This document shows positions 12,620-27,285 of a DNA stretch of 64,000 nt, one piece after another. Position numbers and translations under genes: made by a program. Position 1 is the stretch's first letter; every line of letters begins with the position of its first letter. The stretch lies in assembly GCA_951406725.2 (NCBI GenBank), contig OX597838.1, forward strand, positions 23,684,001 through 23,748,000, read 5' to 3'. The notes below the pieces were generated by a model. The model was not told where the DNA came from, ran no database searches, and was given only the letters and a program-made list of their open reading frames with translations. Source of the stretch: Octopus vulgaris. Its lineage: Eukaryota.

Positions 12620-13443
12620 CTTCCGGACAAACACTTTCCACCCACTCATAGATACAGGAAAATATTTAATAGGTGTTCTGTGAAATTATCATATAGCTGC
12701 TGCCCCAATATGAAGAGTATCATTACACATGGTCAATACCGAGAGCCTAAATTCAGTTGCAACTATCACGACCCAGGATCCTGTCCACTTGACCAACAAT
12801 GTATGACTAAATCTATCTTGTATGAGGCAGAAGTTACTTATTTCTTTACTGCCCACAAGGGGCTACAAACAGAGGGGACAAACAAGGACAGGCAAACAGA
12901 TTAAGTCGATTATATCGACCCCACTGCATAACTGGTACTTATTTAATCGACCCCGAAAGGATGAAAGGCAAAGTCGACCTCGGCGGAATTTGAACTCAGA
13001 ACGTAGCGGCAGATGAAATACTAACGTTTCTGTGCTAACGTTTCTGCCAGTTCGCCACCTTTGGTTACAGAAGTTACTATAACCTTAAATAATAATACAC
13101 CTGATGGAAAGACCTATACTGGATTATGTGAAGGTGAATTTATAAATTACTATGCCAATCACATAGCCTCCTTCTGTCATAGGGACAAAAGTAAACCTAC
13201 AAAGCTGGTTAGCTATGTGACAAAACATTGCATGTGATTAAATGGAAAGTAACTGAGAAATCCATACCTTATGTAAATAGACCAAATAAATGTAGACTTT
13301 GTTTGGCTGAAAGAGCACAGATCCTGCTCAGATCTAAGATCCTTAACTCTCTATTGAACACCAGGTCAGAAATTTTCAGTGGTTGCATCCATATGTATAA
13401 ATATATTGAGAAGAATTGGAAAATTCCACCTATACCTGACTGA
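12620..13443 (+). mobile_element. Penelope-like retroelement 3' fragment (RT C-terminus, Cys-rich linker and GIY-YIG endonuclease), decayed and interrupted by a SINE
   Basis: DKHFPPTHRYRKIFNRCSVKLSYSCCPNMKSII...SCPLDQQCMTKSILYEAEVT | KTYTGLCEGEF...YANHIASF | IKWKV...CRLCLAERAQIL...LLNTRSEIFSGCIH, the typical PLE linker and GIY-YIG layout. Confidence 0.85.
12839..13062 (-). mobile_element. SINE family A inserted in the Penelope fragment
   Basis: 11-bp TSD CAGAAGTTACT at 12828-12838 and 13068-13078. Confidence 0.85.
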
Positions 13444-14091
13444 CTTGATATCTTACCAGCTTTATCATTTAAGGTCTAAGGAGGATAGCTCTTTTTACTT
13501 TTCAATTTTTACATTTTAGTTTCTGTTTTTCACTTTCTCAATTTTTTCATGTTTCTTTCTATTATTCAATTTCTTTAGTTCGTTATGGTATGTAGCTTAT
13601 GCCTGAAGAATATGCTTCAGTTCTCTCAACAATTTTGATAAAAATGGAGAAGAGAAGGTGTTAAAATATATAAGAGAATTTTAATTCATGCAGATGATTG
13701 TTTCGTACAGTGATTTAAAAATCAAGCAAATTCATTGTTGAATAGAATTAATTAAATTAATTATTTATATTATTAAATGATTGAATGCCATGCATCCTCT
13801 TCCAAGTAAGTTTTATCTTAATAATTCTGATGTGCGCTCTATACAATCTATATATGAAGAGTAATAGATTTTACTGGGTACAACACATGTTTTGGCACAT
13901 TCTCATATTCTATCTATACATTTTGTATAATTTCTCCATTATATATATATATATATATAAATTCAGGGTGAATACTTGATAAATGTAAGCACCTGTATAT
14001 GCCAGCTAGTAGCATAGGTGAGAGGATATATGTATCAAATAAAATAAAATGAAATGCATCCTTTGTGTCCTGTTTTTCATTTTATTTCATT

Positions 14092-14139
<48 letters not shown>

Positions 14140-14354
14140 AATATTAGGGAATAAATCCAAACTTACAGGGAAAAATCAGATTTAGGATTGAATCCAATTT
14201 TATAGTAAAATATTATATTATATTAAATTAAATTAGAGATAAAACCACTATTAGGCAAATCATACAATGAAAAACTTAAGCCAATACATAAGATTATTTA
14301 ATTTATATTATTTAAATATATAACAAAATTATTAAAAAAATATAATTAATATAA

Positions 14355-14418
14355 CACTACGATCGTTTCATGGCTGTTAATTTCTTAAAATTTTCGAGTT
14401 ACAGTCATTCATCAGGTG
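14355..14418 (-). ncRNA. Minimal type-I hammerhead ribozyme motif (intact core)
   Basis: Minus strand reads CAC-CTGATGA-ATGACTGT...ACAGCCAT-GAAA-CGATCG-TA-GTG. Confidence 0.7.
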
Positions 14419-14974
14419 GTTTAAATATTTAACTTGGCGAGGTTTAATATATATACACCTCAATATCAACCTGTCTATTTATCTATCTACCTACAACCAC
14501 ACAGTAGAAGTGAACCTGGGGCTTTGTGATGGCAAAACAAACTCCTTAACTATTTGGCCATTTCATGGTGTAGTGGTTAGGGTGTTGGACTCATGTAAAG
14601 CTAAGATCCAAGGATCGAGTTGTAGGTTTAATTCTGGCCCAGTGGTGTGTTGTATCCTTGAAGGAGGCTCTACATTTCCTATTGCTTCAGTTTACCCAGC
14701 AGAAAATGAGTATGATCCCCCCTCCCCATGTTGAAGCAGCTCTTTCTCTCTCCAGAACATTCTACTAGGTCACGGTGAAAGGTGAGAGTGGCGGGAATGT
14801 TTCTATGTCAGTGCACAAATACATAGACACCTAAAACATTTCACAAATTCCCGATACATGCTACAAACATAGACTCATTTGTGAGAGACTGGCATGGTTG
14901 GTTACACACAGACGCATACCTGTCATATACCTAAATTAGGTTACCTGTGGAAAAAGGAGGCACATATCCTAGAC

Positions 14975-15392
14975 TATATATATATATATATGGGTGTGTA
15001 CATATATATATATATATATACACACATACATACATATATATGTGTGTATGTATATATACATGTAGATATATATATTCATATATATATACATACATATTCA
15101 TATATATATATACATACATATATATATACATACATATTCATATATATATATATACATACATATATATATACATACATACATATATATATACATACATACA
15201 TATATATATACATACATACATATATATATACATACATACATATATATATACACACACACATATATATGTACACACACACATATATATGTACATATATACA
15301 TGTATTTATGTACATATATGTATATATATGTACATATATGCATATATATGTACATATATGCATATATATGTACATATATGTATACATATGTA
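14975..15392. repeat. Compound (TA)n/(TACA)n microsatellite
   Basis: Direct inspection. Confidence 0.9.
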
Positions 15393-16195
15393 TGAGCCTG
15401 CTGTAGCCATCTGGCTTGCCAGTCATCAGTCAAATTGTCCAACCCATGCCAGCATGGAAAGTGGATGTTAAATGATGATGACGATGATATATATATATAT
15501 ACACATATAGCTGAAGAGTCCATGTTTAGTTTATAGCCTGTCTAATAAAATGTTTATAAAGATACCAATTTCTAGACTATAACCACATTTACCGGATTCT
15601 GGGTCACTACAGTTGTCATGAAAATATCCACCTTTAACACTAATGGATCACATTACTGACATTATTTACTTTAAAAGTTTTGCCTATTGTTTCCTATATC
15701 GATAACTGTCATCATCATCATCGTCGTCGTTTAACGTCCGCTTTCCATGGGTTGGATGGTGTCAGTGTTTTTGCTGTAATTCCGACACTATATATATATA
15801 TATTACAGGGATGCAAAACTGAGTAGTCCTGCAACAGACCAGCATCCAATCCAGGTGGGGAATACACCAGTGTCCAGTCCAGGTGAAAAAAACACCATAG
15901 AAATCAGGAAATCAGCCCCATGAGACCACATGACTTGGGAAGAAACTTTACTATTATTTTACATATGTACATACATATGCAGTTATTTGGTAAACAGTGC
16001 TCAATTTTACACTTCTGAAAAAAATAATAAAAATAATATCTTTTTTATAAGCTTAAAGCTAATAAGCGATCACCATGGATTGACCAAGATAAATAGTCTA
16101 ATAATGGAGCATATGGTAAACCATACTTTTGTCCATTGAAGGATTATATGACCCAATATTACACTATTTTTCTCATTCAATGCACAGTGAGTGCT

Positions 16196-16240
<45 letters not shown>

Positions 16241-16379
16241 GCACGCGTAATGAGCTTATTTCAGTGACCATCTAATAAGTTCACTTACAAGGCTTTTGTA
16301 TGTCTATAATTTTAGGCCTTTCTCTAGTTGTGAGAATTTTGCTTCTTTATACTGAAACCCATTATTTATCGTTCCTATT

Positions 16380-16550
16380 GTCCTTAAGGCTGCCTCCATG
16401 CTTTCACCAGTCACAAATCAATTTTCCAGTTGCAGAGATGGTGGTGGTGGTGGTGGTGGTGGTGATGATGGTGATGCGTGGTCCTTGCTGTCGCTCAGCT
16501 GACCAGTTGCCATGCTGTTTGGCATATTCAATAACTTGTAGCTTGAAACT
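16380..16550 (-). mobile_element. pogo-like transposase N-terminal (Brinker-type DNA-binding domain) fragment
   Basis: SFKLQVIEYAKQHGNWSAERQQGP...GKLICDW*K, interrupted by an (ACC)n expansion and a stop. Confidence 0.6.
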
Positions 16551-18369
16551 CTGTGTGTGTATGCATGTGTGTGTGTGTGCAGGTATGCATATATGTATGT
16601 ATGTATGTAAGACTCTTCTGTGCTTAGTAACAAGTCTAGCGTTGTAGAGAGAGTGAGAGAGATGGACAGACAGAGAGACATTGTCAGTAGAATAATATAA
16701 CCAAACATTAACAGATGGCATCTACTTCTATGGGAGAACGTCTGTCAGTTTAGAAATGGTTTGTGAGACAACAGTGTAGCTGATACACCATAAACGAAAT
16801 GAAACAAATGGCATTTTCTGAACATTGCAGGTAAACTCTTGTAAACTTCTTATGAGTTGCCCTCAATACATTACAAAATTAACAAATATGCTAATGGCAG
16901 CACTCATCATTGTCATCATCATTGTTTAACGTCTGTTTGCCATGCTGGCATGGGTCGGACGGTTTGATTGAGGACTGGCAACCCAGTAGGCTGCACCATG
17001 ATCTGGTGCAGCTCAGAAAACTACATTAATGTACCAAATTTAGTAAATCTGAATAATAAATATAATCAACGAGAAGCAGTGTCTTCCTTTGAAAAAAATC
17101 TCAGTTACAACTATGATGTTGTTGATAAAACATGTTCTTTGTCTATCTATTTATCCTCTTTGTGATTTTGGATAATAGAAAACTATACAAATGAATCCTT
17201 CAAATTTAAATAAATTCTATATTTTGATGCAGCTGAAGATTGCTCTACATTTTAAATTGATGTAATATTTGCATTGTTCAATTAAATGGAGTCGCATGAA
17301 ACGATTGTACTGCATTACCTCTGGATATCCTTGTTGCTTATTTGGATGATATATACATATATATATATCATCATCATCATCATCATATATATAGATAAGA
17401 AAGTTTGTTTGGTAAAGCACGTGGGTGAATATATGTATATATATATATATACATAGTGGGACTGAAGCTGGAACCTTGTGGTTGGGAAGCAATGAGCTCC
17501 CACACAATTTCCCCAAACCAAATTCACTCACAAAGCTCTGGTTGGCCAGGAGCTATAATTGCTCAAGGGTACCACACAGTGGGACCGAACCAGAAAAATC
17601 ATATGGTTGAAAGCAAGTTTCTTAACTACACAGCAATATGCTTGCACCAAAGGAAAATGATAAAAACAAAAACAAAACAAAACAAAAAAAAAGACATAAA
17701 GGGAGACAGATTAACTTAAGTAACATATTTACTTGTAGTTCTTGCTGGATTAGGGCTGATCCAGGGCCAAACTACAACTCCCACTACCACCAACGTGGTT
17801 CTATGAAACTCAATCAGACCTATAAAACACTTGCCCACGGCACCCCACCCCGCCCACCCCCACCACCTAAAGTTAATTAATTTACCAACAATGCAGGAAT
17901 GGCTTATAGTAGAAGTAGGTTTTTTTTTGGTTTTGTTTTGTTTTGTTTTTATGTTTTATATTTTTTCTTTCTTCTTAATCCTCAAGGGTATTGTGTTGTT
18001 GTGTAGATTGACTGCTAATATGTTTCTGCTGCTGCTGCTACCACCACCACCACCACCACCACCACCACTACCATTGTCACCATCATCACAACCACCACCG
18101 CCACCACCACGACAACCACCAACACTGCAACCCTACCACCACCACTACCTCTATCACCACCACTACTACCACCATCACCGCCGTCACCACCACCACCATC
18201 ACTATCACCACCATCAATAACAACAACAAACCATTGGTAGCCAACGGTCCCCTATTGTCAGGACCCTACTTACTATGATAATTTACCACAGCCTCTAATA
18301 TTGTGCTGAGACAGGGGTGGGAAGACACCATGTCCACCATGGCCTCACTGTTACTACCAACAGGTTTAC

Positions 18370-18514
18370 TATTAGGTTGTCCCAAAAGTTCGTAAACACT
18401 TGCGAAAATTGAATTTTTACTCGCCAAGTACTAACAAAAACAACAAAAATTATTCCTCAAAATAAAGACCATTATTTTCCAAGACTTTCTACGAACTTTT
18501 GGGACAACCTTATA
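18370..18514. mobile_element. Tc1/mariner-type MITE
   Basis: 21-bp perfect TIR AGGTTGTCCCAAAAGTTCGTA at 18374-18394 and 18490-18510, TA-flanked. Confidence 0.75.
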
Positions 18515-19845
18515 CTACTACTACCACCACCACCACCACTATCACAACAACTACTACAAGTATCACTTTTACCAACATAGCAAAAATCATCATCAGCAGC
18601 AGAAGCCATTCAAGAATTTGGACCTGGAGCCTTCCTCTCAAGGACCTCATTACAATGAGGTCGAGGTCCTACTTACTTATTTAACAGACTAGAATTTGAC
18701 CTCAAGTCCATTTCAGGACAATCACCTCTCCAGCCATTTGTTTTATGTCTATTTTTCCATGCCTGAATGAGTCGGATGAAGCCCTGTAATTGAGACTATA
18801 TTTTACCACCAGATTCTCTTCCTGTCACCATCTGGATTAATTATTCCACTGCCTTTCGAAAGAACACAATTACAAGATTTATTCTTTACAGGAAATATAA
18901 ACATATATTTTTATATTTTATATTTTAATATAAACAAATATATTGTTATATTTGTAGATGGTCATATTTTTGCCAATAAACCACATAATCACTGTATAAT
19001 TAGTCTTCACTTCAGCTTTATAATTATTGTTCTTACTTTTTCATCTGCCACTACGTTCGGAGTTCAAATTCCACCAAGGTCAACTTTACCTTTCATCCTT
19101 TCAGGGTCGATAAATTAAGTACTAGTTGAGTACTGGGGTTGATCTAACTGACTTGCCCCTTCCCTCAAAATTTCAGGCCTTGTGCCTATAGTAGAAAGGA
19201 TTATTGTTCTTATCTTAGTATCCTTTGTTAGCAATTCTCCAGCTCATGTGTATCCTCCTGTCCCGCTTAGTCCATTCTGTCTTTCTATGGTGTGTACCCT
19301 TATCTGGTGAGACTGGAACAGAACAGAGGTAGATGTCTATACTCTATACTGTTTTCTCCCCCATCCTTCTCTAATTCCCTTTTTCTCCCCTTCACTGTCA
19401 TCTATCTGTCTGTCTCTCACTCTCTCCTCTCTAGAGGTAAAGTGGTTGAGTTCCTTTCAAGTGCTGGGTTTCATGGCAGCAATGATCAAGACCTTTGGCA
19501 ATATGTCATGCTTGAGAAGAACACCCATAAAGCTGATGGACACTGGTGTCACGCAAATGGCACCTTTGCCGGTGGCACATAAAAGCACCCATTACACTCT
19601 TGGACTGGTTGATGTTAGGAAAGGCATCCAGCCATAGAAAACCATGCCAAATTAGACTGGAGCCTGGCACAGCCTTCGGCGTACCAACCCAGTCAAACCG
19701 TCCAACCCATGCCAGCATGGACAACAGATGTTAAATGATAAATATGATGATGACGATGATGATATATATATATATATATATATATATGCAGTGCCCCAGC
19801 ATGGCCACAGCTCGTGAGCTGAAACTAGATAAAATAAAATTTAAA

Positions 19846-19880
<35 letters not shown>

Positions 19881-19884
<4 letters not shown>

Positions 19885-20025
19885 CTAGCCACTACACATT
19901 CTTTATTTTCTCTCCTTGTTTCTTTCTGTGGAAGAGCGTAGGCTCGAAACGTTAAAGACTTTTTCACTTCCCGAGCGTTATACTAATACATCTGTTTGTT
20001 GTCTACACCACCTGTCTTCGTTTTA
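19881..20025 (+). mobile_element. (TA)n-embedded short repeat with variant hammerhead motif (copies also 7461-7625 -, 8445-8633 -, 57325-57435 -)
   Basis: Four homologous copies; motif TCTTT-CTGTGGA-A-GAGC-GTAG-GCTC-GAAA-CG-TT-AAAGA at 19921-19958. Confidence 0.6.
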
Positions 20026-20044
20026 TACATATATATATATATAT

Positions 20045-20099
<55 letters not shown>

Positions 20100-20674
20100 A
20101 CAGATGAGATCCTGAGAGTCTCAATATAGTAAACACTTAGTAGCATTCAAATGATTGAAACCTACATTCTGAAAGCTTTACTGAGGACTGAATCCACAGG
20201 GTAAAGAGTGACCATAAAGAGAATCCTGGTGAGCAGATATGGAGACAATGATGCAAAGAAACAAATAAAACTTGGTTGCACTAGTGACATATCCCTTCCA
20301 CTAATACCACCCCCTTCCCACTATATATTCCTTCTAAATATTCTGTCCATGAGCGTTTTATTAATGAGAAACCAACTCAATTGAGGCAATCTACCAATAT
20401 TTAGTAAGTGACCAACATCATTTGTACCAGCACAAGCAAAATATAAACCCAGTCTTATTTTGGAAGTTCTGTTCTGCAAAAATTACAATAAGCATTCCAT
20501 TTCAATTTTCTACTGGTAGTTTAATGGTATCGTTTCAGTATTCTATTTGTAAAAATTTCTACAAATGACTACAACCATCTCATTGCAACATTCATCTTCT
20601 AAAATTACTAAAGAAATTAATCTGAATTTCTATCGTAAAGATTGATGCAGTGATTATGTTTCTTTGTACCATTG

Positions 20675-20707
<33 letters not shown>

Positions 20708-20830
20708 ATGTATGTGAGTGTATAAGCTATGAGAATGTAGACCAATACTCATAGCTGGATACCATGTACCAGTAGCAAAAAGAGCTGTGAGCTAATGAAC
20801 GAAATTACATAACTCTTTCTCTTTTGGTCA

Positions 20831-21057
20831 TTAACCCTTTCGTTACTGTATTTATTCTGAGATGTTCTGTGCTTCTTCCAATTATTTTAGATATTACAAA
20901 GAATTTAGTAAAATAACTTAGTTATCATTCAGCTAATGTTAGGAACATAAATTGTGACTAAGGTTTGGTGGAAGATTTTAATTCAAAACTTTTGAAAACA
21001 AGACATTTGTACTCAGAGCCAGAGCAGGTTTCAGCCGGGTTGGTAATGAAGGGTTAA
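20831..21057. mobile_element. piggyBac-like MITE, solo copy
   Basis: TTAACCCTTTC...GAAGGGTTAA; same body as the 1860-2725 array. Confidence 0.85.
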
Positions 21058-21505
21058 CATATGTTTATTGGTGGAAAACATACATCGACAAGAAATTGCT
21101 AACAAATTAGTGAGTCAGACTAAAACACATAGTCACTTGCAGCACCGTTTTTAAGAGCAGTGAACCACTGATTGGCTTCTTAGAAACTTGTAATTAACGA
21201 TGATATTGTTAACGAATAAAAGATGTGAAACAAAACAACTAAATATACAAATAAACAAAATCCTTTGCTTAATGTAAGACGACATTGCTTTGGCCAACTT
21301 AGTGCATTACATTCATTAGGAAAAGCAGTAGTAGTAGTAGTAGTAGTAGTATAGGAAATATATTAATTATAAAAGAGAAAATTACTAATTATTGAAAGGC
21401 CAAACAAAAGTGAATGTGAGTGTGTGTGTTTGTGTTTGCATGCATGTGTGTGCATGTTTGCGTGGTGGAGGAAGAGAAGAGGAGATAAGCAGAGATTATA
21501 CTAAC

Positions 21506-21588
21506 CTGCAGATAGTGCCACTGTGCCATGTGATAAAGGGGTGTGTGTTGAGATCATATCTGCTGTAAGCTTTGGAGTTAAATAGAAA
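21506..21588 (-). CDS. TLCD1/2-like, exon 2
   Basis: Acceptor ttttccag|, donor CAG|GTTAGT; 83 nt in frame: (S)FYLTPKLTADMISTHTPLSHGTVALSA(G). Confidence 0.9.
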
Positions 21589-21648
21589 CTGGAAAATATA
21601 AAAAATATATACACATAAAAAAATATACATATACATTCATACATATAT

Positions 21649-21868
21649 ATATTTCTTTACTGCCCACAAGGGGCAAATCATAGAGGGGACAAACAAGGAC
21701 AAAGGGATTAAGTCAATTACATCGACCCCAGTGTGAAACTGGTACTTAATTCATCGACCTCGAAAGGATGAAAGGCAAAGCCGACCTCGGCGGAATTTGA
21801 ACTCAGAACGTAACAGCAGACGAAATACCGCTAAGCATTTCACCCAGCGCGCTAACGTTTCTGCCAGC
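21649..21868 (-). mobile_element. SINE family A, about 60 bp from the exon 2 acceptor
   Basis: Near full-length copy matching other family A copies. Confidence 0.8.
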
Positions 21869-21888
21869 AACAAAGTGTACATATGCCG

Positions 21889-23716
<1,828 letters not shown>

Positions 23717-24736
23717 AAATACAAAATGGGACAAGGACGCAAAACATCCGAACAACTAGGTGATACAAAAAGGGACAACAAAACATCCAGATAGACAATA
23801 CAAAGAAAACAAGGACAGGTCATTCGAAGTTTTCTATCTTCAGTCAAGAACCAGATTATCCTCGCAATTTCGGCTCAATCAGAGTTGAAAAACTAACTGT
23901 TAAAATCAAACTGCACTCTTCAAAACTTGCACTAAAAATAAAGACAAGGTAAAATTACTACCTGCCTTTATAGCAAATTGATGCAGGTAGTCTATTCCAT
24001 TCCCATTCGACTTTTAGATCATGCAATTGAAAAACCCGCATTATTTATGGTATGGCTCAGTATATATGAATTCTTTTATTCTTTTACTTGTTTCAGTCAT
24101 TTGACTGCAGCCATACTGGAGCACCACCTCAAAGGGTTTTTAGTTGAAGAAATCAACCCAGGACTTAGCCTTTGTAAGCCTAGTACTTATTTCATCGGTC
24201 TCTTTTGCTGAACTGCTAAGTTACGGGTATTTAAACACACTAACATGAATTGTCAAGCAATGGAGGGGGGCAAACATAAACACAAAGACACACACACACA
24301 TAAATATATATATATATATATATGACGGACTTCTTTCGGTTTCTGTCTACCAAATCCATTCACAAGGCTTTGGTTGGCCCAAGGCTATAGTAGAAGACAA
24401 CTGCCCAATGTGCCACACAGTGATACTGAACCCTAAACCATGTGGTTGGGAAGCAAACTTCTTACCACACAACCATACTTGCGATATATATATATATACA
24501 CACACACACGCATATATACTCTTTTACTTGTTTCAATCATTTGACTGCAGCCATGCTGGAGCACCACCAACATCTCTTGTTGGAGCAACTCGACCTCGGG
24601 ACTTATTCTTTTGTAAGCCCAGTACTTATTCTATTGGTCACTTTTGCCGAACCGCTAAGTGACGGAGACATAAACACACCAGCATCGGTTGTCAAGCAAT
24701 GCTAGGGAGACAAACACAGACACACAAACACACACA

Positions 24737-24786
<50 letters not shown>

Positions 24787-25582
24787 CAAATATATGATGG
24801 ACTTCTTTCAGTTTCCGTCTACCAAATCCACTCACAAGGCTTTGGTTGGCCCGAGGCTATAGTAGAAGACACTTGCCCAAGGTGCCACGGAGTGGGACTG
24901 AACCCGGAACCATGTGGTTGGTAAACAAGCTACTTACCACACGGCCACTCCTATATATATATATGTATACACATATACATACACGCACACATACAAACAC
25001 AGATATACACTCATACATAAACATACATACACAAATGTCAGCTTGTTCAATGTCAACTTGGGGTTAAGCAACATCAACATGTACCCACGAACCTTCTGAC
25101 AAATTTGGAATTGCTAGAATTTACAGAACTATCGTACATATCTTATTTGGGTCACACATTCACCGTTTATTCACCATGTCGTGCTGCAGAGTTGTATTGC
25201 ATATGGAATTCTGGTGCTTAACTGATCTTTAAGATTACTAATGCATAGGAGAGAGAGAGAGAGGGAGGGAGAGAGAGGAGGTGTAAGCAGAGAGGAAGAA
25301 GGGAAGAGAGAAAAAACAAATGAAAGGAGATGATGATGGTGGTGGTGATGATGGTGGGGTGATGATGATGATGATGAGGAGGAGGAGGAGGAAGGGGAAC
25401 AAAAAAGGAGGAACTGAAAGAGATGTTGGTTCCGCACAACGTTTGTAGAATGTAAGAGAAACATTAAATAATAAGAAGAAAGAGACAAAAAAATTTACCA
25501 AAAGACAAACAGGAAAACCAGCCAAAATAATTTATTTTGCAGTATGTGAAAGCACATTCATGGACAGATACATAGATATGCA

Positions 25583-25632
<50 letters not shown>

Positions 25633-26015
25633 CATACAAGTATCTGTGATACGCACACAGATACAGAGATATGCAAATACTCACACACACATACATACAG
25701 GCATAGATAAGTGCATACACCATCCACATAAATAATTACATTTGCTCAGATCAGATAAAACATACACACTCACACAAATCCATGCACACACACACACACA
25801 CACACACATGCTTATTTCTATTTTTTAGGTTTTTTTTTTTTTGAAATAAAAAGAAACTGGTTGGATTAGAAATTGGATAATGTTGTTCTTATTCTATAAA
25901 TATTTGCAAAGCTTTAAATATTTTGGTTGGTTTTCTTTGAATTTAACCACAAAATGCTGTTTTACAAACCAGATGCCATCAACCACCCGTCCTATCTCTC
26001 ATTCATATTTTACAA

Positions 26016-26300
26016 TCATCATCATTGCTGTCATCATCTTCATCATCATTGTTGATGTCGTGATCATCGTTATCATCATCCTCATCATCATCATCATTGT
26101 TATCATCGTCATTGTCATCATCCTCATCATTGTCATCGTCATCATCGTCGTCATCCTCATCATTGTCATTGTTGTCGTCATCATCATCATCGTCATTGTC
26201 ATCGTCATCATCATCATTGTCATCGTCGTCATCATCATCATTGTCGTCATTATCATCATCGTTGTCGTCATCATCATCATTGTCATCATCATCATCATCG
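26016..26300. repeat. Degenerate (CAT)n trinucleotide tract
   Basis: Direct inspection; adjoins a degenerate RTE UTR-like sequence, so probably an expanded tail. Confidence 0.9.
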
Positions 26301-26636
26301 TTGATGATTTTAATGCCCACTTTTCCTTGCTTCCATGGGTTGGATAGAATTCATTGAAACAGATATTCTACAGCTGAATGCCTTTCCTGTTGCCAACCCT
26401 CACCTATTTCCAAGTAAAGTGATATTTCCCTTTTGATGGATATGTTTACATGGAAAACTGGAAATGAACAACACCAATTATACGATGGTAATGCTTGCTA
26501 ACAACCATCACATAACAACATGAAGACAAGGAATCACACCCACACACACGCACAAAAGCTCACTGATCCACACAAACATCCAGTCCAACCTGGTATGATA
26601 CTCGACACAAGGAACTGATGTCTCTGAAGACACTAT

Positions 26637-27253
26637 ACTGGCAGAATCGTTAGCATGCTGGGTGAAATGCGTAACCGTATTTTGTCTGCCGTATGTTCTG
26701 AGTTCAAATTCCGCCGAGGTCGACTTTGCCTTTCATCCTTTCGGGGTCGATAAATTAAGTACCAGTTACGCACTGGGGTTGATATCTGTCCTTGTTTGTC
26801 CCCTCTGTGTTTAGCCCCTTGTGGGTAGTAAAGAAATAATTATTATTATTATTATTATTATTATTAGGGTGGTGAGCTGGCAGAATCGTGAGCATGCTGG
26901 ATGAAATACTTAGAGGTATTTCGTCTGCCGTTACGTTCTGAGTTCAAATTCCGCTGAGGTCGACTTTGACTTTCATCCTTTTGGAGTTGGTAAGTTAAGT
27001 ACCGGTTGCGTACTGGTATCAATCTAACCAACTGGCTTCCTCCCACCAAATTTCAGGCCTTGTGCTGATATCAGAAAGGATTTATTATTATTATTATTAT
27101 AAGACTACCGAGGCCGACTTTGCCTTTTACCTTTTCAAGGTTGATGAAATACCAGTAAAACACGGAGGTCGACATAATCGACAAGTCCCCACCCCCAAAT
27201 TTTCAGGCCTTATGCCTATATTAGAAAGGAATTATCATTAGTATTATTATTAT

Positions 27254-27285
<32 letters not shown>

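Noticed and set aside
15505-15590. CTGAAGAGTCC next to (TA)n
   Set aside because: No matching helix II-GAAA-helix III downstream
25880-26357. Poly-D, poly-I, poly-M and poly-S ORFs
   Set aside because: Frames of a (CAT)n tract
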